A stretch of DNA of 63,531 bases, counting the filler, from Reticulomyxa filosa (lineage: Eukaryota; Protista; Foraminifera), in the NCBI GenBank assembly GCA_000512085.1. It is 23 parts of 23 records of this genome, joined end to end, with 100 filler letters (N's around TTAATTAATTAA, not from the genome) between each part and the next. Parts side by side here need not be neighbours in the genome. Positions count along the whole stretch, not along the records: positions 8,161 to 13,321 come from ASPP01034168.1; positions 13,422 to 17,009 come from ASPP01011619.1; positions 17,110 to 18,299 come from ASPP01014810.1; positions 18,400 to 19,936 come from ASPP01028251.1; positions 20,037 to 21,508 come from ASPP01027434.1; positions 21,609 to 27,048 come from ASPP01008028.1; 17 more parts are not named here. The stretch is one strand, 5' to 3'. Shown here one piece after another: positions 13,101 through 23,914 of this stretch (position 1 is the stretch's first letter; each line of letters starts with the position of its first letter). A program made the position numbers and the translations under genes. A model generated the notes under the pieces. It made no database searches. It saw nothing but the letters and a program-made list of their open reading frames with translations, and was not told the origin of the DNA.

Positions 13101-15284
13101 TCAAGTGTAACTTAAATCAACTTAGCACCATTCTCAATTTGGTTATACTAGTCTCGTAATAACTGTAGAACTAAAGTCGAATATGTAATTTTTTTTGTAG
13201 CCACAAATGGTAGTCAAGACAGTAGAATAGTTATCTTCAGTCATCCTGCATTATAGTACTCCAAGGTTAAACATCATCCAACCAAGTGGCTTTTGGAAAG
13301 AAGAGCATTTGGACAACTCAANNNNNNNNNNNNNNNNNNNNNNNNNNNNNNNNNNNNNNNNNNNNTTAATTAATTAANNNNNNNNNNNNNNNNNNNNNNN
13401 NNNNNNNNNNNNNNNNNNNNNTTTAGTTTTTTTTTTAGTTTTTTTTGCGTGTTTTTTTTTTTTACTTTTAGAGTTTGGAATAAGATGTTTTTATATTGTG
13501 AGTTTTTTTTTTGTGACTATCTTTCTAATGCTTCCAATTTTTTGTTGTTGCTGTTGCACTGTAAAATTCACTTTATATAGATGATTGCATTCAATAACTC
13601 AGAAATTTGTTTTACAAAAAAAAAATTATGAATACTGTGCAAATAGTTCTTTTATAATGCATAACACACATTCGAACATTATATGGAAGTCATCAAACTT
13701 TTTTTGTTTTCCTAAGATTTTGCACACATAAAAACTATTGGAAGAGAGTAAAAAGCATTAATCAACTGTTTATGATTTTTGGTTCGTTACGTATACAAAA
13801 AAACTCAATCCCATATTACGATCCTTCGCAGGGGGTAAATCCGCTCATTCAAAACATTCCCGAGTATGTTAATGTCCAATTGATTAATTTTTTAAAAATT
13901 AAGCCATTTTAGGTATCCAAATTTTTAACTTATTTTTGATTTGAAGTAATATTTATTTTTATTAAAAATTATTTTCGTCATTAGAAAAATATATATTTGA
14001 TTGGTTATAAAGAAGAAATAAGATGATTATAAGTCAATGACCAAAAAAGTTCAAAATATTATTCTTGAAAATAAGAACTTGAATAACACATCTTGAATGT
14101 TCTTTTTATTAAAAAAAAAAATTTCTTTTATAAGCGGAACACAAATTCTGTATATCTGCAAAGAGAAGTGTTTAAGAATTTCTTTTTAAAAAACAATTTC
14201 AAGTGTATTTAACCAATGTCCAATGTTTCTCGGTCGTAATAAAAAAGAAAAATGTAGAACTCATTATTGGATTATTGTTATCTTGCTTATGTCTAATAAG
14301 TTAAATATTTATTTGAGCTTAATTTCTATTTTGTTTTTTTGTGCTTGTTTGTCAAAGCTTAGCATTTAATGATAAATATATAGTGGAGAACCACACTTAT
14401 TATTGATAAGTGAATGAGCTGTTAATTATTAAAAAAGAAAGAGAGAATATATGACAATAAAATTTAGTTTATTGTAAGTTTATCTCAGATGACCCTTGTG
14501 AATATTATTAGTTCCACAATGAAATCTCTTATATTGATTTATAAGAGCTAATACTTTAAGCAAATTAGATTGAAGGATGGTTATAATAGATGGACCATAT
14601 TGTCACGTTTTAAGCAGTGTTGTGTTCATGATTCATTTTACTAGCAACAAAGATAATGCACTTACCTTATATAGTAGCTTTTTTTAGGTTTTGGATTTGC
14701 ATTTTTTCAATAATATTATCAAATTTTAATGTGGTCGCTGTTTGTTAGAAGCGTCATAAACGTCATTTGAACCTGTTGTTGAACGGCTACATAGTTTGTT
14801 CTGGAGGCGTGATCGTTCACACTTCATTCCAACATTTCATATCTTACGACGTCATCGCAACGTAATTTAAAAAGTTTTTTTGTCAAAATATTTTGTTTTT
14901 CCTTTTAACTCTAAAAAAAACTGGTGTTGAAGCAATAAAATTTGTAGCTACTTTCCTGTAAATAAATTTTATTTGCCTCTTGTTGTTTAAAGTTGTTTCT
15001 TTAAAGGAATCCTTTTAAGATTGAATGTATAACAGTCTTAGTTTATATTTTTGCTTCAGATTACAATTCTCTTTGACGATTGGCCGTGATAGATTTAGAT
15101 TCATTATTCCATTCTTCTTAAAATAGAATATACGATCTGAGCCCTAACTGACGCCATCACTGTCTCCAACAAATTATTGCCTCTGAAATATTTATGAAAT
15201 GAAAATCACGATACACAATAAACTCAATTGGCTTTTAATTTTGTGGTACAGAAAATATATTATAATTTCAGCTGATCTTCAGCA

Positions 15285-16968
15285 ATGACAAGTCATGTCA
15301 GAAGCAAGAATAGCAGCAAAAAGCCAAATGAAATTGACATAGAAATCTTTGAAAAATATTCAACACAAGACGATTCAACAGATGCTTGGTCTCTGGAAAA
15401 TGGAGATGACAAAGAAAATATACCACTTGAAAATATCAAAACTTATGACAGGAGTTCTTATCAAAAGCGTCCTTTCAAAACACGTAAAAAAAATGAGCAA
15501 CAAGAAAGTGAAGATATCGATCCGTTTTGCGCCAATCGAACCGATAATAATTACCAGACAGCTGTGAACAAACGTTTGCATTCAAGCAAAGGGGATCATC
15601 GCAATGAAATTGATAATTTGAACACACAAAAAGATAAGCGGCTTATTAAATTGACAGCAGCTTATTCACAGCTTCCACCAGTTCAATTTAAAAAAAAAGT
15701 GCAAAGTACATTGAGAAGCAGCAGACAGCAGTGTCGAAAGGCGACCTAACAAAAACGAAGCAAATACTTAAAGAAGTGGCAGCAGTTGAGAGTGGCAAGA
15801 GATTAAAAAAAAAACAGGACAAGAGCAACAACTAATTCAATTAAAAAAATTGAAAAGTTAAAGAATGTTAAAAAAAATAAAAAGGATCAAAAATACAAAA
15901 GCCTGAGACGCAATTCTCGTGTGATGATATATTTGAAGCAACAAGCTTTGCCAATGGCATCTCTGTTTGTGATTCACCCGGAGACACTATGGAGATCATA
16001 TTGGGACTTGTTTGTGTTGCTATTGGTATGTTATAACGCAGTAGTGGTTCCAGTGAATCTGGTATTTGACTCCTCGCCTTTTAATATTTTCGCATTGGAG
16101 CTATTGTTCAATGCATTTTTTATGGTCGACATTGGACTACAGTTTTTCACAACCTTCAAATATGACAAAGGTCCCATGATTGGACGAGTGGAAATGTCCC
16201 ACCCCGTTATTATTAAACAGTACCTTCGGACCTGGTTTATCATTGACCTGATGGCGTCCCTGCCAATCGATTTGGTTGTCACGTGGTCGACGTCTTCCAA
16301 TGCTAGTGTCACTTCCTTCAATTATTTGTTAAGATTGTTGCGAGGTTTCAAATTCATGCGTATTCTGAGAATGTCAAGGATATGGAAGAGATTGCTATAC
16401 AAGGCCAGGATTAATGTTATGTGTCCATTAAAAAAAAAAAAAAAATGAACATAATAATTAAAATGAACCCCTTTTTTTAAAAAAATTAAAAAAAAAAAAA
16501 AATACGTATATAAATATATATATATGTACATACATAGCTGGCCGTAGTTCGATTATGTAAATTGATAGGGTTTCTTTTGTTGCAATGGCATTGGATAGGA
16601 TGTTTGTATTGGCTAATTGCAAAGAACCAAGGGTTTGCGGACGATTTGAATACGGTCAGCTGGACGCCTACTAAAAACGTATTGCAACGTTCCTTTCTCT
16701 CACAGTACTTGCGGGCCTATTTTTGGGCGATAGTCTCGAGCACGGGGGTTGGCAGCATCAACACTCCAACGACAAACGTGCAGTATGTGTTCACCACACT
16801 TGTCGTTATCGTGGGCATGCTCATGTACGCTGTCATCGTTGGTAGTATCACTTCACTGCTGCGATCCATGGACACGCCTGGAGGAAAGAGACAAGAGAGA
16901 ACAAGTGTTGTTCAAGAGTATTTACGACAAAGAGCTGTCAGTTCCGACTTGACAGAACGTATACTACA
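15285..16968 (+). CDS. Cyclic-nucleotide-regulated ion channel (CNG/HCN/KCNH superfamily), 3'-truncated
   Basis: IHPETLWRSYWD (S1), YLRTWFIIDLMASLP (S3), LLRLLRGFKFMRILRMSR (S4), HWIGCLYW (S5), pore YFWAIVSSTGVG, S6 and the start of the C-linker. Exon 1 (15285-16415) has two A-run frameshifts; exon 2 is 16538-16968. Confidence 0.92.
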
Positions 16969-16971
16969 GTT

Positions 16972-17009
<38 letters not shown>

Positions 17010-17109
17010 NNNNNNNNNNNNNNNNNNNNNNNNNNNNNNNNNNNNNNNNNNNNTTAATTAATTAANNNNNNNNNNNNNNNNNNNNNNNNNNNNNNNNNNN
17101 NNNNNNNNN

Positions 17110-18102
17110 TTTTACACCCAAATACGTGATATCCTGGCGGCAACCGACTTCGATCAAAAAAAGCTGAAAGTGAGTCTACTGACAGAAACAATAACGAAAC
17201 AAGAAGAAGTAGGCGGCGTGTTAGTGAACGACGAGGCTGTATTCGGATTTATTACCGTGCTGTCACTCACGAAGCATTTGTTTCGTTTTTTTTTTTTTTT
17301 TTTTGGATTGATATTTGCAAAAAAAAACAAAAAAAAAAAAAAACAATCACTTCTATATATGTATATACGTATACATATATGTATATATGCAATTTGTTTA
17401 TTTTTTTTTTTTTTTAGTGAGCACTTGTCTCTCGCTCATATTTGTCGCTTTTTACTTGACCGTTGCAAAGATGACGAGAAAAAAAGTAAATTGAGAAACT
17501 ATATTGACTTGAATGCAAAAGGCAAAAGTAAAAGTCTGAACCAAAACAGTACCAGCCCCAAAAATGTTGGCATGCTGTTTCATGAACGGCCGATCAATGT
17601 CCCTGTGGAAATGATATACCACATTTACGAGTCATTGTATTTGGACATTGAGTATGTATTGAGCGATGAATATGCGTTGATAACTCCGGAAGAGAAACAA
17701 TTTTTTAAATTTGATTACCTTTTGCACATTGTCAGATATCGTTGGATACCAAAACAGGACTTGCTCCCAAAGAAAGACAACAAAAACAAGGCACACGGAT
17801 TTTTAGATGATGATGAAAATGAAGAAGAGGAACAAAAAGACGAACTCAACCTTAATGCCACTTCACAAGAAACACTACCTGATCAATTTGCAAATACACT
17901 CTTGCCTGAAATTACATCCGAAAGGAAAAAAGAGACGTTGGTTTATGAACATTTTGAAGACGAATTGTTTGTCAAACATGCTGTCTTTTCTTATCCCACC
18001 GAACGAAATGACAAAGTTTGGAATGTTTGTATCATCCCCTTTGAAAAATTTAAAGTCATTATTGACGAGTGCAAGAAACAATTTGGATTTATCTCAACAT
18101 AA
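17110..18102 (+). CDS. BCP1: BCCIP/BCP1 family protein, 5'-truncated
   Basis: VFGFITVLSL, VGMLFHERPINVPVE, FKFDYLL and YEHFEDELF motifs; one intron at about 17280-17417. Confidence 0.88.
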   Translation, partial: FYTQIRDILAATDFDQKKLKVSLLTETITKQEEVGGVLVNDEAVFGFITVLSLTKHLFRFFFFFFGLIFAKKNKKKKKQSLLYMYIRIHICIYAICLFFFFFSEHLSLAHICRFLLDRCKDDEKKSKLRNYIDLNAKGKSKSLNQNSTSPKNVGMLFHERPINVPVEMIYHIYESLYLDIEYVLSDEYALITPEEKQFFKFDYLLHIVRYRWIPKQDLLPKKDNKNKAHGFLDDDENEEEEQKDELNLNATSQETLPDQFANTLLPEITSERKKETLVYEHFEDELFVKHAVFSYPTERNDKVWNVCIIPFEKFKVIIDECKKQFGFIST

Positions 18103-18936
18103 CAATGTTTTTTTTTTTAAAAAAAAAAAAATGATTATACAATATTTGTTCTTTTTTTTTTTTTTTTTGGATTATTTGTTCCTTTTGTTAGAATTTGCCA
18201 TTATTGTTTTATTCAAGCATCACTTACAGTTGCAAAACTAAACAAAATTACTACATCCATCGCAATGCTCTTTCGTGCACAATCAATTACAAAAAAAAAN
18301 NNNNNNNNNNNNNNNNNNNNNNNNNNNNNNNNNNNNNNNNNNNTTAATTAATTAANNNNNNNNNNNNNNNNNNNNNNNNNNNNNNNNNNNNNNNNNNNNC
18401 CACCGACTACGACATCACTTTTCAAAAAAAAAATTTACAGTTTTTAGAGCAAATTTGATAATTTTTTTTGTATTGTGTGCTTCTTATATCGGAAACGTCA
18501 CACAATCTAAGTCGAGTATTGATTACAATTGCCTCTTTACATCTTTATGTTCAAACAAAAACACTCATTCGTGCGCTTGGAAGGAAAACGTTCCGCGAGT
18601 AGGAACAGACAGGAAGAATTTTTTGATTATAAAGTTGAGAATCTTTTTTTCGCTTCGATACAGTCGCTCGAGTGAATGAAATCAAATGTCAGAGCAACAA
18701 GAATAAGTTGCAAATGATCAAGTATAGATTAAAATAAATTTTCAAAAATTCTCACCTTAATAAAACAACAAAAAAAAATGAATGAGAAAGTTATTAGTAT
18801 TTTCATCTCTTCACAAAAAATGAGACTCACTTTGATCAGACATGCAAAAGCAAGAACCATCCGAACAAAAGCGTTTTTTCCCCCTTTTTTTTTAAGAAAA
18901 GTCCACTTTGCAAATAAACATTAAAAAAAGGCAACA

Positions 18937-19576
18937 ATGATGAAAGACTTGGAAGTAAACACAAAAAATGAAAGCATGCGTCGCGCAATGGTCGACGAAC
19001 ACGCTGCTGTGAGTCGTCTTGCAATAGAGATGAAAGCAGCGACGGCGAGCGAGCAGGGCCTGCAGCTGAAAGCATACGTGCAAACGGTGGGCAAGCCAGC
19101 CGAAGCAATTGGAACAAGCCAAATTAAAAGAAGTACAATTCACACAAGCTATCCTCTTGGAGTTCATATGACATATGACATTATATATGTATGTATACAT
19201 ATTTAATGGCATTGTTTATTTTGTGTTGACCATTTATAAAATGGATGGTTGTTTTTTATTGTAAAGAATGAAACAGAAGCTCGGCGGCGACAAATGGAAG
19301 GCAAAAGCGCAGAGATGGGAGAAAGAATGCAAGGAGCTGCAGAAGTTGAACGACGAGTTGCAACGCAAAAATGCAGAGTATTTGCAGCAACTGCTGAGAA
19401 AAGAGGAGGACATCCAAAAGGCTCGCGAGCAACGACACGCCGCGGAAAATGAAATCGAGAATTTGACCGAGCTGTTGCAGCGATAAATGCAAGCTTGTCG
19501 TCATTGGAAAGCAAAATCAAAGCGTTCGAAAGCAAAGTCCAAGAAATTGAAGAATGTAACGACGAAGAAAATTAAA
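18937..19576 (+). pseudogene. Frameshifted coiled-coil protein remnant
   Basis: Coiled-coil segments QLEQAKLKEVQF, WEKECKELQKLNDELQRK and SLESKIKAFESKVQEIE lie in different frames. Confidence 0.5.
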
Positions 19577-20042
19577 GTGAAAAAAAAAAAAAAGGGTTTG
19601 ACCATCAATGTTTTTTTTATGGTGAATATAACATATGCCTCAGTAGTCCAATACGGTGGTGTTTGAAAGGATCAAAATGCCATTTTTGCCGTTAGCACAC
19701 ATTACTTCAAACATTCTTTTTGTGCGCCATAGCGGTTGGCTTTTTTTTTCCTCTTCGCAACATACATTAACTAAAAGAGAGTTATTAGACAAATAATAAT
19801 AATAAAAATCTTGCAGCGCTTTTAAAAATTGGCAAACAAACCAATCATGGTAGTAGATGAATCATGTTTGCAATTTCGTATGTCCCCTATGATCAACCAC
19901 CGAATTTAAAATCCAAAAATCACGAACAAATAAAAGNNNNNNNNNNNNNNNNNNNNNNNNNNNNNNNNNNNNNNNNNNNNTTAATTAATTAANNNNNNNN
20001 NNNNNNNNNNNNNNNNNNNNNNNNNNNNNNNNNNNNATTTAT

Positions 20043-20340
20043 AGTGACCTTGGCTGCATTAGGGCCCAGCCATCTTTGGGGAGTTCTTCGGATCTTCTTG
20101 GGGGGTGGTTCAACCTCAAAAGGGTTGATGGGTTGGTTGGTGTGCTGGGGTGAGTCTTGGGTGTATCTGTACCAAGTCGCAGGGTCTTATACATCCATGC
20201 CTACACACTAACACACGGCTGTGTTATATTGTTGATAGCAATATCAACAATGTGGCTGGTCGTGCAATGCTCCAGCTCACTATACTGTAGCGGAGATGTG
20301 GGTTCGAATCCCACCGCTGACCTTTATAAAAAAAAATAAA
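20043..20340 (+). ncRNA. Multi-hairpin structured element with 3' tRNA-like T-arm and A-rich tail (ncRNA, SINE or retroelement 3' end)
   Basis: GC-rich island with hairpins capped by cUUCGg (20086-20091) and GCAA (20238-20241), a T-arm GTGGG-TTCGAAT-CCCAC (20298-20314), then CGCTGACC and TTTATAAAAAAAAATAAAA. Confidence 0.6.
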
Positions 20341-21608
20341 ATTGTTATCTACTTTAAAAAAAACATAAAACGCATTACATACTTTGTGTGATTATAGTTT
20401 GTTTACATTATAGAATCGAAATCATGTTTCATTTGAGTATTGCAGTTTGAGCAGTTTTCGATTATGAAGATGCAATGTTTGACGAACGTTGGCATTAGAG
20501 TAAGACTATATTGTTAATGATGATAATGTCGATTTATTATTAAATTGCTTATAATCAATGTTCAAATAATTCTTATGATTAGATATTTGCGCATTTGAAT
20601 TGACTAAAAAGTTTTTTTTTGGTCCTTTTCATTTTAAATTTTAATCAAACTTCTGGTTCAAGTGCAATCTTTTTTTGTCATTTAGACTTGCTTTCGAATG
20701 GTTCTGCTATTTCAGTTCATTAACATCAATTTAAACTTTTTTTGGTAAAAAAATCAATTATTTATAAATATGTGATATTCAAAGCAAAAAGTTTTGTTTT
20801 TTTTAATACTAATTTGCCAACGAAGTCTATGAAAGTCCATCCAAAACCAAAATAAGGATATGATTTATATCTTGATTGCATTTGCAAAGAGAACGTGTAC
20901 TAACACCCGAGATTATTACAATTGTCATAATTATGATAGTTGTTGTTGTAGAGTCATAAAATTCTGTTGTTCGCAACTGTCATTGATTGATATAATAATA
21001 ATAATTATTTGTTATTCGTCTGTTATTTGAAAGTAACCAAAAAAAAGATATAATAATAACACCAAACTATATATAATGATGTTGGCATCTCTGATTTAAA
21101 TTGAACCGATTGTCCACTGGCTAAATATATTTGAACGCAAATATGATCGCAAATATAAAGTGTTGATATGCCTTCTGTTTTCCAAAATAACAAAAAAATT
21201 ATTGTTTGTTTAGAACGTTGAAACAATAGTCTCAATAACGCTGAAAGTGGAAGTAGAAAAAAAAATTGTACAATAATCGAACAAAACTGAAACAATCCAA
21301 ATATTGTATTAATAACTCTACCAATTATATGATAAAAATAATATATATCTTTTTTAATACTATTCAAAAGGTATTGCACAAAACTTCACTTCCAACTTGT
21401 GACTTGTTGTCACACATATCCTCTTTTTTCTCCGTCATTTCGTCTATCTTTTCATTTCATTTGTAGTACACATTTGTGTTCACAATGCTGATGTTTGACT
21501 CATTCAAANNNNNNNNNNNNNNNNNNNNNNNNNNNNNNNNNNNNNNNNNNNNTTAATTAATTAANNNNNNNNNNNNNNNNNNNNNNNNNNNNNNNNNNNN
21601 NNNNNNNN

Positions 21609-21647
<39 letters not shown>

Positions 21648-21731
21648 GACGAGAATGCAAAAGAGGACAAGGGGGCGGGGGGACGGAAAAAAAAAAAGGT
21701 AGTAAATTTGATTGTCGATTTCGATTGGGTA

Positions 21732-23584
21732 GCCATGACACCACTGATCCAATGAAGGTATCAGGGATCGAAATGTTGAAAAAAAAAGCTTGCATGGACA
21801 ATGACGATCCGAATGTGAAGAAGGCGGACACCGACGAGAAGCAAGAGGGCGATGGCGAAAATGAACACATGGACGCACTGCCATTGGAAATGTCCGGTGA
21901 AGATGTCATCCCCCTTCGGTCTGGGGAAATAATTTACGACACATTGGTGAAAAAGCCCCGTCGGGTCATTCGAAGTGGATTCTTGCTGAAGGTCGGCGGC
22001 GGGGGCGATAAAAACCGCTCGTTCTTCATGATCTTGTTCAACGACATGCTCGTCATGTCCAAAGTGGTGGATGAACATTTGACAGAAATCACCAGCAAAT
22101 TTGACCCTATTGAAAAATATCAACAGTTTGCAGAAGACCACGGACAGGTTAGATATCTAATCCAACTTATTTATATACATATATATATATATGTATATAT
22201 ATTGTATATGAATTGTTTGTTTCCAATCCACATCATTCTCTAAAGTCGGGTCCACGCCGAACCACCTCTGCGCTCTCCAATATCGTCGGCCTCATATCGA
22301 GCAAACACTTGCGGACAGAACAAGGCGACGTGGAGAATGGCTATCTGAGAATCAAACAGCAGCTGCCCGTGGACGACTGCTTCAGTGCATGCGATATGAT
22401 GGAATCTTGCGATGACGAGTACGAATACTACCAACACCGATATGGAGAAACATGCCTTCAAATACGGACTTCCGTGCATTCCTTCGTCGCTGTCTGTAAA
22501 GGACAAGTGCAAAAGCAACAGTGGCTCAAATGCTTTTCGGAAGTGGTATGCACAACGTCGTCAACAATTACAACAGCAAAAACACATTGCTTTCTTTTTT
22601 TTTTTTTTTTCTTAATTGGATAGTCATATATATATGTATATATATATATAGTATATACATATATACTATTAAAACCAATTTATACTTTTTTTTTGTATGT
22701 TTGTTTGGTAGTGCGCAGAATATCAAGAGCGCAAAAAAAACACAGTAACAACATCAATGAACATGATGTGCGAATTAATACCTGCGCCCATTGTCCAACC
22801 CAATGACTTTTCCTCACACTGCACCATGGTGGATTGCAAAACTAAGTTTGGCCTCATCAATCGAAGATACAGCTGCCATTACTGCGGCCGCTTGGCGTGC
22901 AATCGATGCACAAATTATAAGTTGCCGCATCGCTTGAATCCCAATGTCTCCATGCGAACTTGCAAACATTGCTAGTTTTGTAATTTGTTTGTTTGTTTGT
23001 TTATTTAAGTCTTGTGTTAACAAACTCAAACACATAACAATAATAATAACAACAAAAGTGCACGTTACAAAGAACGTCAGTCTTTGGCGATAACGTATTC
23101 TCCACAACCACCCATTTTAGAATCACAAGTGTTGGCACAAGGCCATGCGGCCAATAGTGCAAATGACCGAAAAGAAGAGAAACGACAATCATTGGATGGC
23201 AGCACGTCCACCGATGAAAGAGACAAGAAAATTCCGGAAATACACAAGTCTGCTACTGTCGTGTCGGCCAATACGCCAAACAACTTCACCACCACTCCAC
23301 ATTCTACTTCTACTCCTTCTTTCGATCTTGATTCCAATAATTTGGAGGTACTGAACAAAGTCAAATACAAAAACTTGGAGCTCATGTTTCGTGAGTACTG
23401 TCAACACACAGAGATCCCTGTTTCAAATAGTCACATGGTGCCATTGGACCATGTCAACCATTTTTTAAACCGTGTGGTGCAGCCTGTGCTTGATGCTATG
23501 ACCACCAAACAAAAAAATAACGCTGCTACCATAGTTAAGCATTACACAAACAAACATGTCATCCCTACTTGCTTCAAATTATAG
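21732..23584 (+). CDS. PH + FYVE domain protein (FGD/Phafin-like region), 5'-truncated
   Basis: PH: RRVIRSGFLLKV...FMILFNDMLV...QKQQWLKCF. FYVE: APIVQPND...CTMVDCKTKFGLINRRYSCHYCGRLACNRCT...RTCKHC. Exons about 21732-22147, 22246-22545, 22712-22974 and 23010-23584. Confidence 0.85.
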
Positions 23585-23914
23585 ACACGCTGTAAATGTG
23601 AAAATATAGTTGACGGTTATAACAGATTCATCCTTACAAAAATGAAGTCATTTTTTTCCATCACCAAGTGCATTCATTGTTTGTATGTTTAAGGCACCAA
23701 CTTTTTTTTCATCAAAACAAATATTACAGTAATGGTTAATTTTTGTTCCAAGCTGTTTTGATTTCCATATATATATTTATTTTATTTTATTGTTTTGTAA
23801 GATTCTGGGAACATTCTGACAATATGATTGCTATTCTCATTTACAACGACAACAAAAACAAGAGCAGTTTAAAAAAAGGGACCTGTCAAAAAAAATAAAA
23901 TATTATCCTTCTTT

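Noticed and set aside
13810-13870. Minus-strand CCCCTGCGAAGGAT resembling the U6 ISL or the 18S rRNA 3' end
   Set aside because: No ACAGAGA box, wrong AGC spacing and no flanking rRNA similarity; too short to support.
20258-20322. Canonical tRNA gene
   Set aside because: Only the T-arm is canonical; there is no D-arm/A-box, 7-bp acceptor stem or 7-nt anticodon loop. Reported instead as a tRNA-like module.
20830-21380. Possible MATH-domain remnant on the minus strand (YPYFGFGWTFIDF)
   Set aside because: One short motif among many stops; insufficient to call.
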